DNA from: Gemmatimonadota bacterium
Lineage (GTDB): Bacteria; Latescibacterota; UBA2968; UBA8231
Direction: 5' to 3'
DNA: 64,000 nucleotides
Assembly (NCBI GenBank): GCA_038153405.1
Contig: JAYOYH010000004.1
Location: forward strand, 1-64,000
Position 1 is the stretch's first letter, and the number at the start of each line of letters is the position of its first letter. Made by a program: the position numbers and the translations under genes. Of the stretch, positions 28,480-37,150 are shown in pieces. Below the pieces are notes generated by a model, which had not been told where the DNA came from, searched no databases, and worked only from the letters and a program-made list of their open reading frames with translations.

Positions 28480-29961
28480 TTAAAGTCCCAGCCGCGCATA
28501 CTGCTCCTCTGGCGCGTCGCAGGCACGCATCAGCTGGATCATGTGATCGACCATGCGTTGTTCCATGGTCTCGTCGACTAGCGGCGTCTGCTGCTGCGGA
28601 TCGGACTGCAGATCAAACAGCAGATTGCCATAGGCACACTGGCTGGGCCAGCGCCCTCCCGCGGCTGTGCGCAGCAGGCGACAGCCGCGCGTAAAGGAAA
28701 AGTCCGACGCGTATTCGGCCGCGCGCAGTTCGTCGAGCGAGAACGCACCGCGCATATGCGTGGGCATCAGCGTGTAATTGTAGAGCGGCCCGTTGTCGTC
28801 GGATGCCGGGCCGCGCATATAGACGTAGCGCCCGTCGGTGACGTTGACCTGACCGCCGTGGTGGCCAAAAAGTGCCGCCTCACGCACCGCACTATCCCCG
28901 GCAATCACCTCGCCTAGCGCCTGGCCAAGCATATGCTCATCGCGCTCCATGCCAAAGAAGTCCAGCAGTGTGGGACCTAGATCGATCGAGGGCTGCACCA
29001 AGCTGTGCCGGCGCTGACCGGCAACGCGCGAACGGGGATCCCATACGAAAAAGGGGGTGTGCGCCATTTCCCCATACCACGGCACGTGCACCTTGGCCCA
29101 CATATCGTGCTCGCCCAACAAGAAGCCGTGATCGGTCCACACGACGAGCATCGTATCGTCCCACATCTGCAGGCGATCCATTTCGTCGAGTACGTTGCCC
29201 AGCGAAGCGTCGCACATGCTCAGCAGCGCAGCGTAGTGGCCGCGGCACTGGTCGACGAGTTCGGCGCTCTCCGTCACGGAGCCATAGCTAGGCCAGTCAA
29301 AGAGCGGACCGCTGCGATCGCCGATGCGATCGCGATAGAGGTCCTGATACTCGCGCTGGGTAAAAAAAGGTTCGTGTGGATCAAAGGTCTCAATCTGCAA
29401 AAACCAATCGTCGTCGCCGCTGTTGCGCCGCATAAAATCGAGGCCGGCGGCAAAGGTCTTGCGCTGCGGCTGGTCTTCGGCACGGCGCATAAACTGGCGG
29501 TTGACTAGGTCCTGGCGATGCGGCCAGCGCTCGTTATCGGCATTGCGACCGTGCGCATGCGGTCTGGGCGGATCGGCAACTTGGCCCATCCACGCGTCGC
29601 CCTCCTGACCGCGAAAAAACTGCCAAGTGCTATACTGCGTGTGATAGGTCGCACCGCCGTCCTCCCAATAGTGCTGGTGGTCGCTGACCAGATGGGACGA
29701 GATGCCCCCCTCGGCCAGCATGCGCGGCACGGAGGCATCAAAGGGTTCGAGCGGTCCCCAGGCCCGGTGGAGAAAGTTAGGGCGACCGGTGTGCAGATCG
29801 CGCCGCGCCGGCATACACGGCATCGAGCACACATAGCTATTGTCAAAGGTCGCACTGCGCTCGGCCAAGCGCTGAAAATTGGGCGCGTGCACCCAATCGC
29901 AGCCGTAAGGAGGCAGCATGTGGCGATTGAGCGAGTCGAACATGACCATGATGGCCTTCAT
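28480..29961 (-). CDS. Formylglycine-dependent sulfatase
   Basis: FDSL, CMPAR (CxPxR) plus LHTGR, FDPHEP, TDHG, WAK. No signal peptide. Confidence 0.92.
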   Translation of the reverse strand: MKAIMVMFDSLNRHMLPPYGCDWVHAPNFQRLAERSATFDNSYVCSMPCMPARRDLHTGRPNFLHRAWGPLEPFDASVPRMLAEGGISSHLVSDHQHYWEDGGATYHTQYSTWQFFRGQEGDAWMGQVADPPRPHAHGRNADNERWPHRQDLVNRQFMRRAEDQPQRKTFAAGLDFMRRNSGDDDWFLQIETFDPHEPFFTQREYQDLYRDRIGDRSGPLFDWPSYGSVTESAELVDQCRGHYAALLSMCDASLGNVLDEMDRLQMWDDTMLVVWTDHGFLLGEHDMWAKVHVPWYGEMAHTPFFVWDPRSRVAGQRRHSLVQPSIDLGPTLLDFFGMERDEHMLGQALGEVIAGDSAVREAALFGHHGGQVNVTDGRYVYMRGPASDDNGPLYNYTLMPTHMRGAFSLDELRAAEYASDFSFTRGCRLLRTAAGGRWPSQCAYGNLLFDLQSDPQQQTPLVDETMEQRMVDHMIQLMRACDAPEEQYARLGL

Positions 29962-29998
29962 CGCCGCCTCGTTCCCCCACCGCAGGGTTGACCCCGCA

Positions 29999-31009
29999 TC
30001 AGCGCGATACCTCTTCTTCGGCGCGCTTTTTTAGGGCCTTCATATAGGCCAGCGTGTAGGCCGTTCCCAAGCGGTGGTCGTCGCCCATCAGCGGTATGTG
30101 ATCGGGAATGAGCGCGCCGTCAAAGCCCACCTGCTGCAGCGCGCGCATTGCCTTATACATATCGAAGTACCCATCGTCAACAAAGGTCTCGACAAAGTGC
30201 GGCAGCGGCTGATCGACGTTGCGGTAGTGGACCTTAAAAATTTTTTCCTGTCCGCCAAAATAGCGAATGGTGTCTTCGACGCCTTCACCCATGGCATCGC
30301 CCCCCTCTAGCCAGCAACCGATGCATAGGCACATGCCGACGTTGGGACTATCGGCCATCTCCAACGCGCGCTTGTAGCCAGCAAACGAGCTGAAAATCGG
30401 ACGCGGTACGCCGCCCAGTACGAGGCCCGGTGGATCGTCCGGATGAATACCGATGCGCACGCCGGCCTCCTCAGCCACCGGTGCAACCTCGCCGATAAAC
30501 GAGGCAAAATTATCCCACAGCTCTTCCTCTTCGTATGTCCGCTCGTGGGTCAGAGCACCGCGAAACGAACCGCCGCTGGCCTCGTCGAGGCGATTGACGT
30601 CAAAAGCCCGGGCCGGGGCACCGCCGCGGGTTGTTTCGCGCGGCGTGCTCCACACGCTATTGGCCATATGCGCATACGTGGTATAGGGAATATTGGCCGC
30701 ACCGAGGTTGCGTATGTGATTCTTGTATTCCTCGACTTTTTCGTTTCGATTAGCCAGGTTGAGCGTTATGGCATCGACGTTGTGCACGCTGCCATTGCCC
30801 AACCCATACAGGTGGATGCCGTGCTCGGCAAACGCTTCGCGCCGGCTCCGATAGTATTCGGCACTGGCCTTTTGCGGGTCCACCCACGTCACGGCGCAGT
30901 CAATGCCCATCTGCTGGGCCAATTGAAATTCTTCGGCACTTGGCTCGGCGGACATTTGCGCCGCCACCTTCATACCGGGCTCGATTTTCATATGCGATAT
31001 AGCAGCCAT
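29999..31009 (-). CDS. Mannonate dehydratase (UxuA-family)
   Basis: APVAEEAGV..GIHPDDPP, C.GC..E, HYRNV, FVETF.D.G..DM, PDHIP. Confidence 0.85.
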   Translation of the reverse strand: MAAISHMKIEPGMKVAAQMSAEPSAEEFQLAQQMGIDCAVTWVDPQKASAEYYRSRREAFAEHGIHLYGLGNGSVHNVDAITLNLANRNEKVEEYKNHIRNLGAANIPYTTYAHMANSVWSTPRETTRGGAPARAFDVNRLDEASGGSFRGALTHERTYEEEELWDNFASFIGEVAPVAEEAGVRIGIHPDDPPGLVLGGVPRPIFSSFAGYKRALEMADSPNVGMCLCIGCWLEGGDAMGEGVEDTIRYFGGQEKIFKVHYRNVDQPLPHFVETFVDDGYFDMYKAMRALQQVGFDGALIPDHIPLMGDDHRLGTAYTLAYMKALKKRAEEEVSR

Positions 31010-31045
31010 TGCGTCCTCTCCATGTGCGCTGAATCAGGTGGGCTC

Positions 31046-31074
31046 ATCTTAGCACCTTGTAGGCGGCGTGTCAA
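31046..31074 (-). promoter_or_regulatory. Near-consensus sigma70 promoter for the uxuA-sulfatase operon
   Basis: TTGACA-17 bp-TAAGAT with an extended TG. Confidence 0.65.
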
Positions 31075-31182
31075 CCCGCTGAACAACGCGGCGATCAGCG
31101 GCCGATTGCCTTACCCGTACTCGTCTTTTTTGCGTTTGAATTAGCCTTGGCCTCCGCGCGCAGATACAGTCCAGTCGGCGAC

Positions 31183-33339
31183 CTAACCTAAGTTAAAAAT
31201 GGCGTTGCCTACCTTGCCGGTGAAGTAGTCGATCACGATCCACAATCCATTGCACAGCGCTTCACCGAGGATTAAGCCGAGAAAGAAATGCTGGCTGCTC
31301 TGATAGCGAGCAGCACCGCCGTAGCGCAGAATGGTCTTTTTTAATAGCCAGGCAATGGCGACGCTCAACCACGCTTTGTTCATCATGAAATTAGCGCCGA
31401 TTGGAAAGCCTATTGGGTGCAGCGGCCACCACAGCAAATACTGGCGTGCCCAGGTCAGCAACAGCATGACGACTGCTCCACCGGCCAAAAAACTCATGCC
31501 CGTCCAGTCGACGCCCAGCGGCTGCAGATTGCGCACGGCGTTGTTGTAAATCGTTTCGGGACCACCGCGAAAGCGCCAACCATCGAGGTTGATGCCGCCG
31601 TACGTATAGGCCATATGCATAACCATCCAACACGACCCTACCGCACCAATAAAAATGGCCAGCACTACGCCGTGGAAGACCAGACGACGGCTGCGGCGGT
31701 CCATGTCTTCGATGAGCTTCAGGCCGTTGGCCAACATCGCCATCAAAAAAATGCGAATGTCGGCGGCCCATATATAGGCCATCGACAGATTAAATACGCT
31801 GCCTGCACCAATCCACTGCGTGCCAATGCCCTGTATGATTAAATCGGGCGCAATCATCGGCGAGCGCACCGCCGCTAGGCCGGCCTCAGCTACCACGCGG
31901 CTAATGCCGATAAAGATGAGCATGGCCAAGACGACAAAGAGCGCCGCCACCCACAGCACCGTGCCCATGACCCACAGCCAGCCTACCATGATCAGCAGAC
32001 CGCCGACTAAGCAGATAACGGCGGCGCGATAAGACATGATCTCATCGCCATCTTCCACTTGTGGCGCTCGTCCCAGCGCTTTGGCAAAGACGTCTCTCAG
32101 GTGGTCGCGTCCCACCCACAAACCCAGCAGCACCATCGCCAACAGCGCGCCCCCACCCTGATAGGCTAGCAGCGGTTGGTCCGCTACGCCGTAGACGAAT
32201 TTGCTCGTCGACTTTAAACCGGCCACGGCGATAAACTCGGCTTCTATCTTGGACAGCAGGTGAAAGATCCAAATGCCAGCCGCCACCTGCGTGCTGATGA
32301 GATAGGAAAAGCCCAGCAGAGCAAAGCTGATGCGGTACTGCAGTTGCTGCGAACCAAAGAATTCGCCTGTCCAAATGAGGTTGACTACCGGCACGGACGG
32401 ATCGTAGCGATGCAAGGCCGTCAGCGAACCAAAGAAGAGGGGAATGGCAACGCCACACCAGAGGGCCGGTCGGCGCAAAAAGCCATTCAACAGGTTCTTT
32501 TCGTCTTCCCCGGCGACCATGGCCAAGCCAACTTGAGTCAGCGGATAGGCCAGGCGCTCGCGCTCCATCCACTGGCGGCGCAGGATGACCGCCGTGGCCA
32601 CCATCGCCGCGTAGAGGGCGAGCAGAAAGATCGCCCACCACAGCAACGGCCCAATCCACGCGACGTAGGGCACTTCGGCAAGGCCGCCTTCGTAAAACCC
32701 CACGCTCTGCTGTCCATCGTCAAAGAGCACGCGCTCCGAGCGCAGCGGCACCAGCTTTTCAATCCACTTGTTCTCGGGCGTGGCGTAGTAGAAAAACGCC
32801 GTAATGGTCGGCAATAGCTGCTGCGTCATGCCCATTGTGCACAGTGACGAAACGACCATCAACATAACGTAGACGAGCACGAGTTCAGCACGGTTGAGCG
32901 CCAGGCTGCCACCGCGCTGCACGATGGGCACGCTCATCCACAGCGAGGCAACGACAAAAGACGCCAGCCAAAAACCGGGTTTGTAGATATCAATGGCACC
33001 GACGTGTAGATAGTGGGCGATGTAGGCCAACGCCGTTGTTGCAGCTACCCCCGTGCACAGCGCGGGGCTGCGCGCCACCCATTTGAAAAGCGCATTGATC
33101 AGTCCAATCAGAACGAGGAATAGAAATATGGCACCCGGCGTATTGAAGTCGAAGGACATATTGCTGGCGCGCATGGCCATATTGGCGTAGGGCGAGCCGA
33201 TAGCCAGCAAAAAACTGAGAAAGGAGCCCACCCAAAATCCGCGCGCCGACAGGCCGGCGCGCGCGCTGGTGCCGCCCAACGAAGCCTCCTGACGGCTGGC
33301 TAAATACTCGTCGTAAATGAGTGGGATATGTCTGTTCAA
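31183..33339 (-). CDS. DUF6785/DUF6784-type polytopic membrane protein (putative transporter)
   Basis: YYATPEN.W, ILRRQW.ERERL.YP, RVVAEAG, WWPLHPIGF, RYGG...FFLGLILGE. AAGGAG RBS with TTG start. Confidence 0.8.
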   Translation of the reverse strand: MNRHIPLIYDEYLASRQEASLGGTSARAGLSARGFWVGSFLSFLLAIGSPYANMAMRASNMSFDFNTPGAIFLFLVLIGLINALFKWVARSPALCTGVAATTALAYIAHYLHVGAIDIYKPGFWLASFVVASLWMSVPIVQRGGSLALNRAELVLVYVMLMVVSSLCTMGMTQQLLPTITAFFYYATPENKWIEKLVPLRSERVLFDDGQQSVGFYEGGLAEVPYVAWIGPLLWWAIFLLALYAAMVATAVILRRQWMERERLAYPLTQVGLAMVAGEDEKNLLNGFLRRPALWCGVAIPLFFGSLTALHRYDPSVPVVNLIWTGEFFGSQQLQYRISFALLGFSYLISTQVAAGIWIFHLLSKIEAEFIAVAGLKSTSKFVYGVADQPLLAYQGGGALLAMVLLGLWVGRDHLRDVFAKALGRAPQVEDGDEIMSYRAAVICLVGGLLIMVGWLWVMGTVLWVAALFVVLAMLIFIGISRVVAEAGLAAVRSPMIAPDLIIQGIGTQWIGAGSVFNLSMAYIWAADIRIFLMAMLANGLKLIEDMDRRSRRLVFHGVVLAIFIGAVGSCWMVMHMAYTYGGINLDGWRFRGGPETIYNNAVRNLQPLGVDWTGMSFLAGGAVVMLLLTWARQYLLWWPLHPIGFPIGANFMMNKAWLSVAIAWLLKKTILRYGGAARYQSSQHFFLGLILGEALCNGLWIVIDYFTGKVGNAIFNLG

Positions 33340-33572
33340 AATACTCCTTACGGCATTAAAACGGGCTCCCTAAAAAGCGCGTTGACCGCGCCAACAGCAA
33401 GGGATCAAGAGAAATTCTACGGCGCATACGGCGCGGTAAGGCCGTGCGAAAAACACTTGTCTTCAGGAGGAAAATAACGAGGAGCTCATGCAGGTGGGGC
33501 GAGCACATCCAATCCGACAGCGGCGTTTGATCGGAGCCGACGTGAACACACCGCGAGTGCTTGGCGCATCCC

Positions 33573-33989
33573 CTACCAGTGCTTCTGTTCGACAATCGTT
33601 CCATCTGCCCCCACGCGCAGCGTTAACTGGCCGGGGCCACCGCTGCCGGGAAAGGCGTCATACCAGATCGTATACCAGCGCGTCTGGCGCAGCCGATGTC
33701 CCTCTGGAGCGAGCGAATAGCCGCGGCGAAACTGGCGCAGCGATGCCGGCGGCACGCCAAATGCCCGACCGATGGCGCTAACGTCGACGACGGGCAGTTC
33801 ACCTACCGACACTGTGCGCATGGGCTCGATGCAAGCATCCATCTGCGCCATTTCGTGCACGAGCAGACGCTGACCGGCGCGACTTCGATCTACGCCACGG
33901 CCCCAGACGGCCGCGTGGACAGCCCACGCACAGCTCAGCGCACACAGCACAAGCAGAATAATCCGACCCAGCAAGATGCCCTCGTCCAT
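33573..33989 (-). CDS. Hypothetical protein with N-terminal TM/signal segment
   Basis: 138-aa ORF co-oriented with neighbours; hydrophobic N-terminus; no family recognised. Confidence 0.55.
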   Translation of the reverse strand: MDEGILLGRIILLVLCALSCAWAVHAAVWGRGVDRSRAGQRLLVHEMAQMDACIEPMRTVSVGELPVVDVSAIGRAFGVPPASLRQFRRGYSLAPEGHRLRQTRWYTIWYDAFPGSGGPGQLTLRVGADGTIVEQKHW

Positions 33990-34065
33990 TTCGATTGCAC
34001 AAACGCGCAGCTCTCTTACACCTATCGGCGACAGATCGAGCGAATTAAATCGGAGTGCAAATAAA

Positions 34066-34896
34066 TCACCGCTCGGCGTATACTCTGGCGCGCAGTTCCC
34101 GCAAATAGGCCAGCGTTTTGGCCGTTTCTCTGCCAAAGTCTAAATTGCCGCCTTCTGTGCTAACCCATGCGCAGGCACACGAGACGCCTCCCTCATACCC
34201 CGCATCGCGCAAAATGCGAAAGAGGCGCTCGTAGATGGGCTCGCGCTCGCCCGAACCCGGCTGCCCTCCACCTTCGGCAATATGCACGTGAGCGCACCAC
34301 TCCGGCTCCTTTGCAATATCTTCGAGCGGCTGGTCTAACTTCAAAAAATAGTTGAGATCGGCCATCACCTTGATCGACGGCCGATCTACTCTCTTGGCAA
34401 ACGAGATGCTGTCGAGATAGCGCGGAAAGAGCGTCGTCAAATCCGAAAACGCCTCTAGTGCCACAACAATTCCGTGCGCTTCGGCATGGTCGGCTAGCAG
34501 GTGGCAAAAACGCACGGCCTGCTCTTCGGCCTCGCTACGAGCAAACCCCTCGGGCACCGCAAAGAATCCGCCGTAGATTCCAGCGACTTCTACGCCGATA
34601 TCGGCTAGCCGGCGGAAGGCGCGCCGCGTCCAAAACTCCAACTGTTCCCAATCGACATCGGGACCAACCGCCTTCAAACCCCAAAACTGCAGGAAATGGC
34701 TGGCAACGCGCACGGGAGGCAAACCCCAAGTCTGTATCTCTGCCTTTTTCGCCGACCAAATGGCCTCGCTCTCAAAGGGCTTAACCTGCAGCGCCACGGG
34801 AATTTCACATAGGTCCCACGCATCGCCGATCTGCTCGGGCGGTCTGATTTCCGGCTTGTCGCCAAATAAGATGCACAGCTTGAACGGCTCTTCCAC
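34066..34896 (-). CDS. Sugar phosphate isomerase/epimerase (AP endonuclease 2 TIM barrel)
   Basis: VALE, MADLNY, HVHIAE...PG.G, GYEG.VS. GGAGG RBS. Confidence 0.8.
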   Translation of the reverse strand: MEEPFKLCILFGDKPEIRPPEQIGDAWDLCEIPVALQVKPFESEAIWSAKKAEIQTWGLPPVRVASHFLQFWGLKAVGPDVDWEQLEFWTRRAFRRLADIGVEVAGIYGGFFAVPEGFARSEAEEQAVRFCHLLADHAEAHGIVVALEAFSDLTTLFPRYLDSISFAKRVDRPSIKVMADLNYFLKLDQPLEDIAKEPEWCAHVHIAEGGGQPGSGEREPIYERLFRILRDAGYEGGVSCACAWVSTEGGNLDFGRETAKTLAYLRELRARVYAER

Positions 34897-35148
34897 TGAG
34901 TCCTCCGCATTTTTTTATGATTTGTCGTCCACGTGTAGGGGACTCGATTTACCCATCGAGCCGCGTCCCCAACTGCACGCGGTGAACAGTAAAAATAGCG
35001 CAACGCCAGCCGCGTCTCAACTCAACTTGGCCACACCCCAGCCTTGATGCGCGCAGCCGGCCGCCGTAGTGTATGCTGCGTCTTGGCCGTTCATTTCGAG
35101 CCGGCACACGCGCGGCTGCCGGCTCTCTCCCTGCGGGATAAAGCCCTT

Positions 35149-36036
35149 ATGACACTCCGATCAGCACAGATTGAAGCATTCCACCGCGATGGGTATCTCG
35201 TCGTCGAAGACGCCCTCGCCGACGATACACTAAACGCCCTGACGGCCGATTTTGAAGCGCTGATTGAAGAGATCGCCCAGCGCCTCTACGCCGAAAAACG
35301 CATTGACGATTTGTGCGCCGATGCGCCGTTCGACCAGCGCATTGCCCTGCTGACGCAGCAGGCAGGCCAGTCGCTGCAAGCCGATCTGTCGTTTCCCAAC
35401 AATCTCCGCCGCGCTCTCTACGACTTTCTCTGCGCACCGGAGTTGCTCGATATCGTAGGCGATATCGTCGGACCGGAAATTTTTTGCAATCCCACGCAAC
35501 ACGTGCGTCCCAAGCTACCCGAAGCGCTCTTACCGGCTGGATTTGACCACTGGATACAGCAATCGCCCTTTCATCAAGACGCCGCCGTGCTCCTGCCCGA
35601 AGCCGACGACACGCTAGTCGTGACGACCTGGATCCCCCTGGTCGACGCCGACGTCGACAACGGCACGCTCCACCTCTTTCCGCGCTGTCACCAGGGCGAT
35701 ATTTTGCGCCATGTGCGCTGTCCCTACGGCTGGACTATCGACCCCCAACTCGTGCCAACAGGCAATCCCCTCGCCCTCCCCGTGCGGCGCGGCGGACTTG
35801 TATTGCTGCACGGCCGCACGCCGCACGGCTCGCTGCCCAACCGCAGCAACGCCGTGCGCTGGAGCCTCGACCTGCGCTGGAACGACGCGCGCAAGCCCTG
35901 CGGTCGTCCGCTTCCCGGCATACTGGCGCGCAGCCAAATGGGCGCGCCGACGACGTATGCGCAGTGGCTCGAGGCCTGGAGAGCAGCCAACGCCGATACT
36001 TGCCCGCGCGCGTTCTACCGCTGGCCCACAAATTAG
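35149..36036 (+). CDS. PhyH-family Fe(II)/2OG dioxygenase
   Basis: FHRDGYLVV, FHQD, WIPLVD...DNG, PHGS.PN.S..VRWS.D.R. Confidence 0.9.
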   Translation: MTLRSAQIEAFHRDGYLVVEDALADDTLNALTADFEALIEEIAQRLYAEKRIDDLCADAPFDQRIALLTQQAGQSLQADLSFPNNLRRALYDFLCAPELLDIVGDIVGPEIFCNPTQHVRPKLPEALLPAGFDHWIQQSPFHQDAAVLLPEADDTLVVTTWIPLVDADVDNGTLHLFPRCHQGDILRHVRCPYGWTIDPQLVPTGNPLALPVRRGGLVLLHGRTPHGSLPNRSNAVRWSLDLRWNDARKPCGRPLPGILARSQMGAPTTYAQWLEAWRAANADTCPRAFYRWPTN

Positions 36037-36088
36037 CCGACGGTGCACCGCGCCGCGAAGAAAATTAATGTTCATTGCGAACGTTTTA

Positions 36089-36097
36089 TGGTATAAT
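36089..36097 (+). promoter_or_regulatory. Extended -10 promoter element upstream of cheV
   Basis: TGgTATAAT in an AT-rich intergenic segment. Confidence 0.5.
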
Positions 36098-36135
36098 TAT
36101 TTGATACTTGTATATAGCGATTAGCGAGGATAACC

Positions 36136-37059
36136 ATGAACGAACACTCCGGCATTCTTTTAGAGTCGGGCACCAACGAACTAGAAGTACTCGAACTGCT
36201 TATCAGCGGCCAGTTATTCGGCGTCAACGTGCTCAAAATCAAGCAGATTATTTCCTACGACCCGCAAAAGGTGGCCACGCTCCACGCACCCGATATCCAC
36301 CCGGCTATTAAGGGTACCTTCCTATTCCACGAAGTGCCGATTTTGCTGACCGATCTCAACCGCTATCTGTTCCCGGAAAGAAAACCCGTTCAATCTTCGT
36401 CGCCCCAGGTCGTCGTCGTCTGCGAATTCAACAACTCGCACCAAGGTTTTCTCATCGATGCGGTCGATCGCATTTTTCGCTGCAGTTGGGATCAAATACA
36501 GGCGCCGACGTCGATCATAACAGAAGGTGATTCCATGGTTACTGGCATCGTTAGCGCCGAGGGCAACGACGTCCTGCTCATCGATTTCGAAGCCATCATC
36601 GACGATATAAGCGGCGGCAGCGAGCTGGAAGAGGCGGAAAACATTGTGCGCAATTTATCGAGGGAAGAGCGGGCAATTCGACAGCGCACGAAGATTTTAA
36701 TAACTGATGACTCACAAATGGTCCGCGAGCAGACCGAGGCCCTGCTCGCCCAGCAGGGCTTTTTCAACGTGACTATTTGCGACGACGGTGCCACGGCCTT
36801 TTCAGCTATTGAGGCCAACCGCGCCACGCCCTATGATATCGTCATCTCCGACATAGAAATGCCACAGCTCGATGGTCTGACGCTCTGCCGCAAGCTCAAA
36901 GAGAGCAAATCGCCGAGCAAAGTCATCATTCTTTCGTCGATGATTTCCGAACAAATAGCCGTTAAGTGCAAACAGGTCGGCGCCGACGCGTATCTATCCA
37001 AAGAGCAGATACGCGAGCTACCCGATATCATCATACAGCAGTTGGGTATGGGCCGGTAA
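36136..37059 (+). CDS. cheV: Chemotaxis protein CheV (CheW + REC)
   Basis: ILLESGTNELE, FGVNV.K..QII, CEFN, LIDFE.I; receiver ITDDS, SDIEMPQLDG, LSS, SK. Confidence 0.9.
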   Translation: MNEHSGILLESGTNELEVLELLISGQLFGVNVLKIKQIISYDPQKVATLHAPDIHPAIKGTFLFHEVPILLTDLNRYLFPERKPVQSSSPQVVVVCEFNNSHQGFLIDAVDRIFRCSWDQIQAPTSIITEGDSMVTGIVSAEGNDVLLIDFEAIIDDISGGSELEEAENIVRNLSREERAIRQRTKILITDDSQMVREQTEALLAQQGFFNVTICDDGATAFSAIEANRATPYDIVISDIEMPQLDGLTLCRKLKESKSPSKVIILSSMISEQIAVKCKQVGADAYLSKEQIRELPDIIIQQLGMGR

Positions 37060-37150
37060 TCGTCCGCACCCGGCGCATTTTCTACTACGCTGCAAAAGCG
37101 GGGCACCCCATAGAGCGGGCGCCCCGCTTCCATGTACAGAAGATATCGGC

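Noticed and set aside
33488..33781. 97-aa plus-strand ORF with an RBS-like GAGGAG
   Set aside because: It overlaps a more protein-like minus-strand ORF by about 200 bp and has Arg/Ala-rich shadow composition.
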